Source: Candidatus Uhrbacteria bacterium (GTDB taxonomy: Bacteria; Patescibacteriota; Patescibacteriia; UBA9934; GWF2-40-263). From it: 62,867 bases of DNA. How positions within the stretch are numbered: the first letter of the stretch is position 1; each line of letters begins with the position of its first letter. The notes below the pieces were generated by a model. That model ran no database searches and was not told the origin of the DNA. It saw nothing but the letters and a program-made list of their open reading frames with translations. Positions 48,988 through 58,147 of the stretch are shown here, one piece after another. Location of the stretch: contig JAERTI010000041.1 of assembly GCA_016844925.1 (NCBI GenBank), forward strand, positions 1 through 62,867, in the 5' to 3' direction. The position numbers and the translations under genes are program-made.

Positions 48988-50868
48988 GTGCCCGACATAC
49001 GCACATTCTTTCGACGGCTTACGGGAAAGACATCTGAAAGCGTCAAAGACCTGACCATGCGCCAGGTCCTTTCCGTTTCCAAGACACGCACGCTTCCAAG
49101 CTGGCGACAGTGGAAACAACTCCCGAGTGTTCTCTCCCTCGCTGAAAAACGCACCCTTACGGGGGCCGCGTCGGTCATTCTATTATCCTTAGGCGTGATC
49201 GCCATTAGCTACCTCAGTGCACACCGCATTGAAATCCCCGCCGTGGGAGGAGACTACACAGAGGGTCTTGTAGGAGAACCACAATTCATCAACCCCCTGT
49301 ACGCATCCACCAACGACGTCGACCAAGACCTCACACGTCTTGTCTACTCGGGCCTCCTCAAGTGGGATGGTGAGGCGTCATTCATTCCTGACCTGGCTGA
49401 GTCCATCGACATCACAGAAGAAGGAACGGTCTACACACTCAAGATTCGTGACAACGCCCGCTTTCACAACGGCGAAGACGTGCGCGCTCGTGACATCTTG
49501 TTCACCATCAATGCCATTCAGACACCGAGCTACCGAAGCCCCTTGGCTGCCAACTTCCAGGGAGTGAGCGTCGTTCAGGAAGATGATAAAACGATTTCGT
49601 TCATTTTGGACGAACCCTTTGCTCCATTCCTACAACACCTGACCGTCGGCATTCTCCCAGCCAGCCTCTGGGCAGATGTTCTTCCACAGAACGTCCCTCT
49701 GGCAGCTTTGAACCTACAACCGATCGGTACAGGTCCTTACAAGTTCCTTGAATTCACCAAGGATAAAAAAGGAGCGGTTCGTAGCTACACCCTTGAGCGC
49801 AATGAGGACTACTACTTAGAACCAGCGCTCATTGAAACGCTGACCTTTAAATTCTACGGCGACGCGTTCGCCCTGGCAGATGCGCTCGAGAACAAGAACG
49901 TTGAGGGAGCAAGTGTAATCGCCTACGATCAACTTGCTCAGATCAAAGAGAACAAGAACGTTCAGTTGATCTCCTCTCAACTTCCGCGAGAAACCAACCT
50001 GTATTTCAATGACGTCATCAGTCCAGCGTTGAGCGACCTTGCCGTCCGATCAGCCATCTCACAAGCGATCAATAAACTAACGTTAGTCGAGGCATTAGAG
50101 GAAGGGTATGCCGAAATGATTCATGCACCTATCCTGGAAGGCATGATCGGCTACCATGCAGAGCTCACTGATAGTTACGACCCAGAACAAGCTGCATCAA
50201 GTCTTGAAGAAGCAGGTTACCGTGCAAACATCGTGACAGGCATGCGAGAGCTCAAGAGTGGACTTGTGGAGGAGACAGAGGAATCTGCCGACGATCAAAC
50301 CGAGGAAACAACAACGGAAGAAGGAGACGTGGCAGAGACATCTACCGAAGAACCCGGCCTCTCCTTCACCCTCACGGCCGTTGACTCGCAAGAGATGCGC
50401 CTTGCCGCTGAGCAAATCAAACAGAACTTGGTAGATGTGGGTATCAACATTGAACTCGCTTTCACTCCTGCTGAGCTCATGCTCTCAGAGGTCATCGAGC
50501 CACAGAACTTTGAGATCCTCCTGACCTCAGTCATGCTCAAGGCCGATCCAGATCCCTACCCATTCTGGCACTCAAGCCAAGGAAGTGGCATGGGGCTCAA
50601 TCTGGTAAACTATGAAAATGAAGACGTCGATACACTCCTTGAAGAGGCGCGTGTAGAAATCGACGAAGCTATCCGCGAGGAAAAGTACCACCAGTTCCAG
50701 GAACTCCTTGCCAAAGACCTCCCAGCTGTGTTTCTATACCGCTCGCGCTACGGTAGTGCCGTAGCCAGCAAGATCACACTGGAGCCGGTAGAATCGATTC
50801 TCTCTCCAGCAGATCGGTTCACAAACGTGACCGATTGGTACATCAAAACAAAAAAAGCGCTCAGGTAA
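48988..50868 (+). CDS. Family 5 (peptide/nickel) ABC substrate-binding-like protein, membrane-anchored
   Basis: EG-x-VG-x-P-x2-INPL, LVYSGL, FHNGE-x-V-x-A-x-D, PIGTGPYKF, DPYPFWHSSQ, DLPAVFLY. GTG start. Confidence 0.88.
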   Translation: MPDIRTFFRRLTGKTSESVKDLTMRQVLSVSKTRTLPSWRQWKQLPSVLSLAEKRTLTGAASVILLSLGVIAISYLSAHRIEIPAVGGDYTEGLVGEPQFINPLYASTNDVDQDLTRLVYSGLLKWDGEASFIPDLAESIDITEEGTVYTLKIRDNARFHNGEDVRARDILFTINAIQTPSYRSPLAANFQGVSVVQEDDKTISFILDEPFAPFLQHLTVGILPASLWADVLPQNVPLAALNLQPIGTGPYKFLEFTKDKKGAVRSYTLERNEDYYLEPALIETLTFKFYGDAFALADALENKNVEGASVIAYDQLAQIKENKNVQLISSQLPRETNLYFNDVISPALSDLAVRSAISQAINKLTLVEALEEGYAEMIHAPILEGMIGYHAELTDSYDPEQAASSLEEAGYRANIVTGMRELKSGLVEETEESADDQTEETTTEEGDVAETSTEEPGLSFTLTAVDSQEMRLAAEQIKQNLVDVGINIELAFTPAELMLSEVIEPQNFEILLTSVMLKADPDPYPFWHSSQGSGMGLNLVNYENEDVDTLLEEARVEIDEAIREEKYHQFQELLAKDLPAVFLYRSRYGSAVASKITLEPVESILSPADRFTNVTDWYIKTKKALR

Positions 50869-50883
50869 ACCTGGGCACATGAC

Positions 50884-50969
50884 GGGTGAGTGGCGGAATT
50901 GGTAGACGCGCTACGTTCAGGGCGTAGTGAGGTTTCCTCGTGAGGGTTCGAGTCCCTCCTCGCCCACCA
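50884..50969 (+). tRNA. tRNA-Leu(CAG)
   Basis: GGCGGAATTGGTAGACGC D arm, anticodon arm CTACG-TTCAGGG-CGTAG, long variable arm, CCA. Confidence 0.95.
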
Positions 50970-51113
50970 TGTGCACAGGTAGCCAACGTGTTTTTTTCTG
51001 ACCTGATCCTGTCAGGTTTAAAAAGATCACGTTCGTCTGAGGAGACGAGTACTGTCCTTTCACAACTGAATACACCTACACATAACTACAATTACTAACA
51101 ACGTTTTTTATTT

Positions 51114-52928
51114 ATGGTTACAAAAAAACCTACACCGCGCCGTAGCGCGCCAAAGGGTGGGGTCAAGTCCAAACACAAAGGACGTGTCTTTCGCGCAAAG
51201 AAAGGCCCGTCTAAGGGACGACCTCAGTCGCGCCAGCGGTCACGCACACAAACAATTAAAGCTCCTAACGGAGACAAGCTGCGCATCATTGTGCTCGGTG
51301 GTCTCGAAGAAGTTGGGCGCAACTGTACGTTGATCGAGTACAAAAATGACATTGTCATTATCGACATGGGGCTCGAGTTCCCAGAGGAGAACATGCCGGG
51401 AGTGGACTACATCATTCCAAACATGAGCTACCTCAAGGGGAAGGAGAAAAACATCCGAGGAGTGATCATCACTCACGGTCACTACGACCACATCGGAGCC
51501 ATCCCCCATACCGTGCCAAACATTGGCAACCCGCCAATCTACGCACTCCCTGTTTCTGCCGCGATCATTAAGCGCCGCCAGGAAGACTTCCACACAAAGA
51601 AGTTGAACCTGAAGGTTACGAAGGCAGATGACGTCTTGAAACTCGGAAGTTTCAAGGTTTCGTTCTTCCACATCAACCACAACATTCCAGACTCCGTCGG
51701 AATCGTTGTCGACACACCTGTAGGTCGTGTCTGTCACACTGGTGACTGGAAGTTCGACTTCCACCCAACCGGCATGGACCACGCTGACTTCCAGAAGATC
51801 GCTCTTCTTGGAAAAGAAGGTGTGCTCTGTCTGATGGGTGACTCCACCAACGCCAACCGCCCCGGACACCAGGTGTCTGAGAAGGTTATCGGTGATGAGT
51901 TGGAGGGAATTCTTAGCAAGGCGAAAGGTCGCGTTATTATCGGAACCTTTGCCTCTCTGCTGGGACGTGTGAAGCAGCTTATTGAGATCTCAGAGCGACT
52001 CGGAAAAAAGGTGGCCATCGACGGCTACTCCATGCGTACCAACGTAGAGATCGCCAAGGAGATGGGTTTCATTAAATGTAAGCAATCAACCCTGATCAAA
52101 CCAGAACAGATGAGTGGCTACGACGACAGCAAGTGCGTCATGATCTGTACCGGTGCCCAGGGAGAAAAACGAGCGGCACTAAACCGTATCGCCAATGGCG
52201 AACATCGAAGCGTAAAAATCCAGAAAACTGACACCGTGGTCTTTTCATCATCAGTGATCCCTGGAAACGAAGCCGCTGTGCAGCGTCTGATGGACACGGT
52301 CTACCGCAAGGGGGCTAAGGTCATTCACTATCAAATGATGGACGTGCACGCAGGTGGGCACGCGAAGAAGGAAGACATCAAACTGATGCTTGCCCTGTTC
52401 AAACCAAAGTACTACATGCCAATTGAAGGGAACCACTTCCTCCTGCGTGAAAACGCGAGTGTGGCTCACTCCATGGGATGGGATGAAAGCAATGTGTTCG
52501 TTGGTGACAATGGACAGGTGATGGAATTCTGGAAAGGCGGTGGACGCATGACCAATGAAAAAGTTCCAACAGAGTACGTGTTCGTTGACGGCCTTGGTGT
52601 CGGCGACGTTTCACAAGTTGTCTTGCGCGACCGTACTCACCTCGCTGAAGAAGGTATGGTGGTCGTGATCGTAAAGATCGAAAAGAAGACCGGAAAACTC
52701 TACGGCAGCCCAGACATTGTGAGCCGTGGATTTGTCATGATGAAAGACAATCAAAAACTCATCAAAGACACTCGCGACCTGATCAAGAAGGTTACCGTGG
52801 ATACCGACAAGAAATCAGCTGCGGATCCAAAGTACATTCGCGATCAAATCCGAGACAAGGTTGGTAAGCTCTTGTTCAAGCGAACAGAACGCCGACCAAT
52901 GATCCTTCCTGTGATCATTGAAGTCTAA
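51114..52928 (+). CDS. rnj: Ribonuclease J
   Basis: LGGLEEVGRN, THGHYDH, HTGDWK, DSTN, TGAQGE, HAGGHA, RRPMILPVIIEV. Confidence 0.95.
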   Translation: MVTKKPTPRRSAPKGGVKSKHKGRVFRAKKGPSKGRPQSRQRSRTQTIKAPNGDKLRIIVLGGLEEVGRNCTLIEYKNDIVIIDMGLEFPEENMPGVDYIIPNMSYLKGKEKNIRGVIITHGHYDHIGAIPHTVPNIGNPPIYALPVSAAIIKRRQEDFHTKKLNLKVTKADDVLKLGSFKVSFFHINHNIPDSVGIVVDTPVGRVCHTGDWKFDFHPTGMDHADFQKIALLGKEGVLCLMGDSTNANRPGHQVSEKVIGDELEGILSKAKGRVIIGTFASLLGRVKQLIEISERLGKKVAIDGYSMRTNVEIAKEMGFIKCKQSTLIKPEQMSGYDDSKCVMICTGAQGEKRAALNRIANGEHRSVKIQKTDTVVFSSSVIPGNEAAVQRLMDTVYRKGAKVIHYQMMDVHAGGHAKKEDIKLMLALFKPKYYMPIEGNHFLLRENASVAHSMGWDESNVFVGDNGQVMEFWKGGGRMTNEKVPTEYVFVDGLGVGDVSQVVLRDRTHLAEEGMVVVIVKIEKKTGKLYGSPDIVSRGFVMMKDNQKLIKDTRDLIKKVTVDTDKKSAADPKYIRDQIRDKVGKLLFKRTERRPMILPVIIEV

Positions 52929-52940
52929 ACGAGAGAAAAC

Positions 52941-52966
52941 AAAACACCCCCTCATGGGGGTGTTTT
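52941..52966. terminator. Bidirectional terminator between rnj and the CAP gene
   Basis: AAAACACCCCC-tcat-GGGGGTGTTTT. Confidence 0.8.
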
Positions 52967-52981
52967 TGATTCAAGAACAAT

Positions 52982-54409
52982 CTATTCAACGATTCCCTCA
53001 GGGATACCTTTAATCCAGTCGTACATCGTCCCCTCAGAAAGCTCTCGCATGATGCGGTACGCCTCATCGCCATCTGCCATGTAGTGACGTTCGAATGTTT
53101 CGGGATGAACATACCAGGCCTCACCAACAGAATCGACTTGCAGCAGGATGCGCCCAGCAACAGACCGAGCTAAGGAACTCACCGTATCTCCAGATCCTGC
53201 CTCGGGAATCTGCTCAAGGTTGGCTGTTGTGATTCCTAGTCCAAACGTACGGAGGAACTCATAGGCCGTTGGGCCGTCAGCAAGATAGTACCGCGCCTTA
53301 GTCACAGGATCGACATAGTACGCCTCCCCCGCACGGTCGACGGCAAGCATAATCCACCCCTCTAACCGGTCGACAAGCGAACGTACTTCACTGTCAGGTG
53401 TACTCACCAACTCCTCTCCTGTCTCTCCAGCCCAGTGCACCTTGCTGTCGTAGCTAATTGTCTCCCAAGCATTTGGGTAATCAATCTTGCTACTTTTTTG
53501 CACCTTGAATGTCCATGACTCCTCAAAACTCCCAGCGTCAGACTCCCCCTCAACATGAACCGCGTACTCATGATCGAGCTCTAGCTCATCGATTGGATTG
53601 AAGAATACGGCTCCCCAGGAATTCTCATCTTCTAGATCCAACGAGATGATTGAATCAATCGCCTCCTCAGCCGTTAGGTCATACACCGACACCTCTACTG
53701 ATTCGACCGTGTCTCCCAGTGGCCAGTACATGAGGGTTGGTCCGATGAACTGGTACGCATACTCAGGATACGGCATCGGGTTCTCGCTTACATAGAATGT
53801 TGTTGAGATCGTCTGACCGTCATAGGGGTAGGTCACTGCTCCAGTCTCCGTAGTGTACTCACTCCCCCAGTCAGAAATGTTGTACCCAATATCACAGACA
53901 AACCACCCAGAATCAATGACACATCCAACTTCACTAAAGTACGGATACATCATGCTCACGCGGTGATACGGCGTCATCATGAGCGCATCGATCGCACTGT
54001 ACCCATCGCCATTGGCAGCGCCGCCAGCTTGCACCTCCGTACAGCTGCCCGTGTACCCAGCGGCCTCACATCGATCCTGCGTTGTCTCGCCAGTGAACCC
54101 AACGTTCCCCTCGACTTCCCCGTGCGGATCAAACCCACGACCATTGGCCTTCAAATATTCCACGTGCGCCGCCGCGCTCTCCTGCAGCTGACTCGAGACC
54201 TTCAAGCGCGGAACCCCAAGACGTTCACGATAGCGATTCAAATAATGCTCAAGGTCAATCTCACGCACATCCCCATCACGCACATGGGTGTACTCCTCAG
54301 GAGCGGTCAGGTCATCCGTCCACGAATGATCTGTAGAAATCGTCGGTGAAGCAGCAACAAGCTGTAGTGGCAGGGCCAGCAACACGGCAAAAGAAAGAAA
54401 TCGTTTCAT
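52982..54409 (-). CDS. Secreted CAP/SCP-domain protein with two C-terminal CPR-type repeats
   Basis: YLNRYR-x2-LG...L-x2-SA-x2-H...H...PYHR...F-x-EVG; repeats G-x-I-x-L-x-V-x3-GEA-x-YV-x-P...R-x-Y. Start revised to ATG 54409. Confidence 0.82.
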   Translation of the reverse strand: MKRFLSFAVLLALPLQLVAASPTISTDHSWTDDLTAPEEYTHVRDGDVREIDLEHYLNRYRERLGVPRLKVSSQLQESAAAHVEYLKANGRGFDPHGEVEGNVGFTGETTQDRCEAAGYTGSCTEVQAGGAANGDGYSAIDALMMTPYHRVSMMYPYFSEVGCVIDSGWFVCDIGYNISDWGSEYTTETGAVTYPYDGQTISTTFYVSENPMPYPEYAYQFIGPTLMYWPLGDTVESVEVSVYDLTAEEAIDSIISLDLEDENSWGAVFFNPIDELELDHEYAVHVEGESDAGSFEESWTFKVQKSSKIDYPNAWETISYDSKVHWAGETGEELVSTPDSEVRSLVDRLEGWIMLAVDRAGEAYYVDPVTKARYYLADGPTAYEFLRTFGLGITTANLEQIPEAGSGDTVSSLARSVAGRILLQVDSVGEAWYVHPETFERHYMADGDEAYRIMRELSEGTMYDWIKGIPEGIVE

Positions 54410-54498
54410 ATGCACCGAGTATACCAAACAAAACACAGGGCTCGATGCCCTGTGTTTTGTTAACCCCCACCACCCCACCATCCAGCCGTTTCACCACG

Positions 54499-54647
54499 GC
54501 GAACGAGCGCTGGGACAATTTTGAGTCGGACAGTGTCTCTGTAGATCTCAAAATTCGTCCCAGTGATCGGCTCGCCCACTCATAGCAAGACCACACGACC
54601 ACCATCTCAACCCCGCTCAGCGCGGCCATGCAGGCTCGATGAGTATT
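54499..54647. repeat. Structured intergenic repeat, copy 1
   Basis: 102/110 identical to 62739-62848, plus a shared CAGGCTCGATG tail; forms a ~80-nt hairpin. Confidence 0.9.
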
Positions 54648-54697
54648 TGTGCCTTGTTCTATGAATATTCCACCTCTTTTGCTACGATACGGCACAT

Positions 54698-55684
54698 ATG
54701 TCACGTATTCTCACTGCCCTGCAACCATCGGGCATCCTCCACATCGGTAACTACTTTGGAGCCATTGAGCCCATGGTTCGACTCCAAGAAGAAGGGAACG
54801 AAAATATCTTGTTCGCCGTTGATTACCACGCCATCACCGTCCCTCAGGACCCAGGTGATCTTCGCGCCAACCTTTACTATGCCATCGCTACCTACCTGGC
54901 TGCCGGTATCGATCCAGAAAAAACCATCCTCTTCCAACAGTCCCGTGTCCGCGAGCACACTGAACTTGCATGGATCCTCAACTGCATCGCTCACATGGGA
55001 GAGCTTGAGCGCATGACGCAGTTCAAAGATAAAGCCGTTGGCAAAGGAGAAGCTGTAACCGTCGGACTGTTTGATTACCCCGTTCTCATGGCTGCCGACA
55101 TCTTGCTCTACGATACGGAAGTCGTTCCGGTGGGAGAAGATCAAAAACAACACCTGGAGCTTGCACGTGATCTAGCAGAGCGCTTCAACAACCGCTTTGG
55201 TGATACCTTCATCGTGCCAGAGCCACGCATCCGCACTCAGGGGGCTCGCATCATGGGACTAGACGATCCAACCAAGAAGATGAGTAAGTCTGCGAGCTCT
55301 GAGCGCAACTACATCTCCCTCATGGATGATGAAAAGAAAGTGATCAAGAAGATTAAGACAGCGGTGACTGATTCAGAAGGAATCGTGAAAGCCGACCGTG
55401 CTCGTGAAGGTATCTTCAACCTCCTCTCCATCTACTCACTGGTCACCGGACGCCCCGCAAGCGAGATCGAGGTAGATTATGAAGGAAAGGGCTATGGGGA
55501 TTTCAAAAAGGACCTTGCCGGAGAAATCAACACGTTCCTTGCGCCGATCCAAGACAAGATTACCGAGTACCTAGACGACAAACAGCAGCTCATTGAGATC
55601 CTTGATGCCGGCGCTGAGCGCGCGCAGGCATTGGCAGAGGAGAAAATGAAGGTGGTCCGGGATCGCATTGGCGTGACACTTTAA
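54698..55684 (+). CDS. trpS: Tryptophan--tRNA ligase
   Basis: QPSG-x-LHIGNY (HIGH), YPVLMAADILLY, VPVGEDQ-x-QH, KMSKS. Confidence 0.96.
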   Translation: MSRILTALQPSGILHIGNYFGAIEPMVRLQEEGNENILFAVDYHAITVPQDPGDLRANLYYAIATYLAAGIDPEKTILFQQSRVREHTELAWILNCIAHMGELERMTQFKDKAVGKGEAVTVGLFDYPVLMAADILLYDTEVVPVGEDQKQHLELARDLAERFNNRFGDTFIVPEPRIRTQGARIMGLDDPTKKMSKSASSERNYISLMDDEKKVIKKIKTAVTDSEGIVKADRAREGIFNLLSIYSLVTGRPASEIEVDYEGKGYGDFKKDLAGEINTFLAPIQDKITEYLDDKQQLIEILDAGAERAQALAEEKMKVVRDRIGVTL

Positions 55685-55714
55685 ACCCAAAAACAGGGCG
55701 ATGGCCCTGTTTTT
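55678..55714 (+). repeat. 22-bp direct repeat plus terminator at the trpS 3' end (left copy)
   Basis: ACTTTAAACCCAAAAACAGGGC (55678-55699) followed by gatg-GCCCTGTTTTT. Confidence 0.85.
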
Positions 55715-55742
55715 TGACAGAGCAACTTTGAGACCCTATTGT
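55714..55742 (+). promoter_or_regulatory. Sigma70 promoter for the CSLREA gene; -35 overlaps the trpS terminator T-tract
   Basis: TTGACA-17 nt-TATTGT. Confidence 0.6.
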
Positions 55743-55843
55743 AGACTCACAATTAACAACGGATCCTGTGTAGAGCCTTATAGCTTATCCGTTCAACCAT
55801 TACCTAACAGGAAAGGGGTGCTAATCACATTGGCCCTCTTTTT

Positions 55844-58015
55844 ATGTTACTACGCAATACCTTTGCTCGTATCTTCCCCTTGTTTCTAGCAACGATCGTT
55901 GCCCTACTGTTTGCACAACCTGCACACGCAGGAACCATCACCGTCAATACTGTTCTTGATGAACCTCCTAGCAGCATTGGAACACCAAATGGACTTTGTA
56001 CGCTCCGAGAAGCTGTATGGTCTGCGAATAATGACGCGAGCGCAGGTGATTGCGCACCAGGAAGCGGTGCTGACACCATTGTGTTACCCAACCCACTTAC
56101 TGGTGGTGAAGTAACAAATCTCAATCCTGAATACGTCCTGGAATTTCCCGACGCAAGTGCTACTGGTGATAGAGCGCTCACTATTTCAAGTGACGTGACT
56201 ATTCACGCCCCTACTCAGACACTCGTAAAACGATCTACAGCAATAGAAACACCTTTTTTCCGTCTCTTTAACGTAACAAATTCAAGCGACGGTGAGGGGA
56301 ATCCTATTGCATCAACACTTCGTTTAGAAAATCTCACACTCGAAAATGGCCACGTCGAAGGCAGTGTCATTGGCCAAGATCCAACAGATGGTGGAGCCAT
56401 TAAGGTCTACGGAAGCCGACTTGTGCTAATAAACACCCTCATTCAATCAAATACCGCCTCTGGAAGAGGAGGTGCTATTAGCGCATCAAGTGTCGGCATG
56501 CCAGGATCACAATCACACTCATTGATTCATGCCATTGATAGCCGCATTGAAAACAACCAAGCTGGAACTGGAGGAGGTATTTCCATCATGGCTGGCTCAG
56601 AACTCATACTTGATCGATCAAGTGTCTCTTTCAATGATGCCGTTGGTTTTGAATACATCGAAGGTGCCATGGGGACCTCTAATTGGAATGCGGGAGGTGG
56701 AGGCATTCACGTACATTCGAGCGAGATCAGCATAAATGACTCAGCCATCGAAAAGAATTCAGCATATGGTTATTACAATGAAGAACAACCTTCAAGTCAA
56801 CTTGGTGGCGGAGGGGTACACCTGTATAACAGCCGTGCTCACGTATCGAATAGTCGAATCATAAATAACTCAATCAATGGGGACTATCTTGCGTTCGGGG
56901 GCGGTGTCTTTTCTTGGGAAAGTGATGTGCTGTTGGATGAGCAAACCTACATCAGTGGAAACGAATCTATTCGAACAGATGGTCGTGGAGGCGGACTGAC
57001 AGCATTCGACTCAACGCTTAACATCTTTGACTCCATCTTCCTAGCCAATATCTCGCAAGGTAATGCTGGCGGCCTCTATCTAGATGACTCGAGCACCCAC
57101 ATTGAAAACAGCACCATTTCCCACAACGTGGCCATCAAGCAGGGTGGAGGAGTTGGTGCTTTAGGTGGATGGCTATCCATTAACACCAGCCTCCTTCACG
57201 GGAACCAAGGAGAAAATGGTGGAGGGATTTGGCAAACATCCTCAAATGGACTACGTATAGATGACTCCACACTTGTTGGCAACTTCACAACAGGTGATCC
57301 GCACAATCTTGATGGGCTTGGTGGTGGTATCTATGCCGCTGGAGGCACACTCACCCAAATTAACAGGACAACCATCAAAGAGAACATCGCATTCAACGGT
57401 GGAGGAATTCACAGCATAGGAGATCTGCAAGTAGAGGCGAGCACCATTTCTCATAACACAGCCAATGGGGACGGAGGTGGAATTCATACTGACTACGGCC
57501 AACTCATCAACACTACCGTTTCAGAAAACTACGCCAACGAGAATGGTGGAGGGATTTTTGGATCAACTCTCTCTCCATATCGACTCAGAATCTTATCCTC
57601 GACTATTGCAAACAACCATGGACGATACGGTGCAGGAATCTTTGCCCAAAATTCCACAACCCCACAAGTCGTCCTTGCCAATTCCATTGTTGACCAAGGA
57701 CAAACATCCTCCCCAAGTGCTCCAAACTGCTATGGAGATATTGGCTCCGATGGATATAACCTCATCTCCAATAACGTTGGCTGTAACTTCATTGCCACAA
57801 CTGGAGATATTGTCGGAACACCAACCAACCCAATCAGCGCCCTCCTTGGAACACTCACCAATAATGGTGGCCCCACACAAACGCATGCATTAAGCCCGGA
57901 CAGCCCTGCTATAAACGCAGGTGACAACACCCAGTGCCCAACAGAAGACCAACGTGGATTTGCACGAACGTTGAGTGCCACAGACCCATGTGACATTGGA
58001 TCGTACGAACTTTAA
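55844..58015 (+). CDS. Secreted CSLREA-domain/parallel beta-helix (GG-repeat) protein with choice-of-anchor Q-like C-terminus
   Basis: ITVNT-x2-D...CTLREAV-x2-AN; many N-x4-GGG/A-h repeats; L-x-NNGGPTQTHAL-x2-DSPAINAG...C...DQRG-x2-R...CDIGSYE. Confidence 0.88.
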   Translation: MLLRNTFARIFPLFLATIVALLFAQPAHAGTITVNTVLDEPPSSIGTPNGLCTLREAVWSANNDASAGDCAPGSGADTIVLPNPLTGGEVTNLNPEYVLEFPDASATGDRALTISSDVTIHAPTQTLVKRSTAIETPFFRLFNVTNSSDGEGNPIASTLRLENLTLENGHVEGSVIGQDPTDGGAIKVYGSRLVLINTLIQSNTASGRGGAISASSVGMPGSQSHSLIHAIDSRIENNQAGTGGGISIMAGSELILDRSSVSFNDAVGFEYIEGAMGTSNWNAGGGGIHVHSSEISINDSAIEKNSAYGYYNEEQPSSQLGGGGVHLYNSRAHVSNSRIINNSINGDYLAFGGGVFSWESDVLLDEQTYISGNESIRTDGRGGGLTAFDSTLNIFDSIFLANISQGNAGGLYLDDSSTHIENSTISHNVAIKQGGGVGALGGWLSINTSLLHGNQGENGGGIWQTSSNGLRIDDSTLVGNFTTGDPHNLDGLGGGIYAAGGTLTQINRTTIKENIAFNGGGIHSIGDLQVEASTISHNTANGDGGGIHTDYGQLINTTVSENYANENGGGIFGSTLSPYRLRILSSTIANNHGRYGAGIFAQNSTTPQVVLANSIVDQGQTSSPSAPNCYGDIGSDGYNLISNNVGCNFIATTGDIVGTPTNPISALLGTLTNNGGPTQTHALSPDSPAINAGDNTQCPTEDQRGFARTLSATDPCDIGSYEL

Positions 58016-58045
58016 ACCCAAAAACAGGGCCAAAGCCCTGTTTTT
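58009..58045 (+). repeat. 22-bp direct repeat plus terminator (right copy)
   Basis: ACTTTAAACCCAAAAACAGGGC (58009-58030) followed by caaa-GCCCTGTTTTT. Confidence 0.85.
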
Positions 58046-58147
58046 GGATTGACAAAATCCGTATTTTCAGGCAAGGTCGGCCGTTACAACCGCAGGAAAT
58101 AGGCTCATTTAGGGCCCGGTTGTATCCCGCCAGAACAGAGAGGAGTA

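Noticed and set aside
50995-51060. Small hairpins upstream of rnj (CTGAGGAG resembling a hammerhead core)
   Set aside because: No CUGAUGA/GAAA core with three stems; may be a leader but cannot be supported.
54499-54608. Repeat interpreted as an integron attC site or CRISPR repeat
   Set aside because: No RYYYAAC/GTTRRRY cores, no spacer array, no intI or cas genes; the two copies are 8 kb apart.
54312-54704. ORF running through the structured repeat
   Set aside because: Differences between the two copies are mostly non-synonymous (6 of 8), which argues against coding selection.
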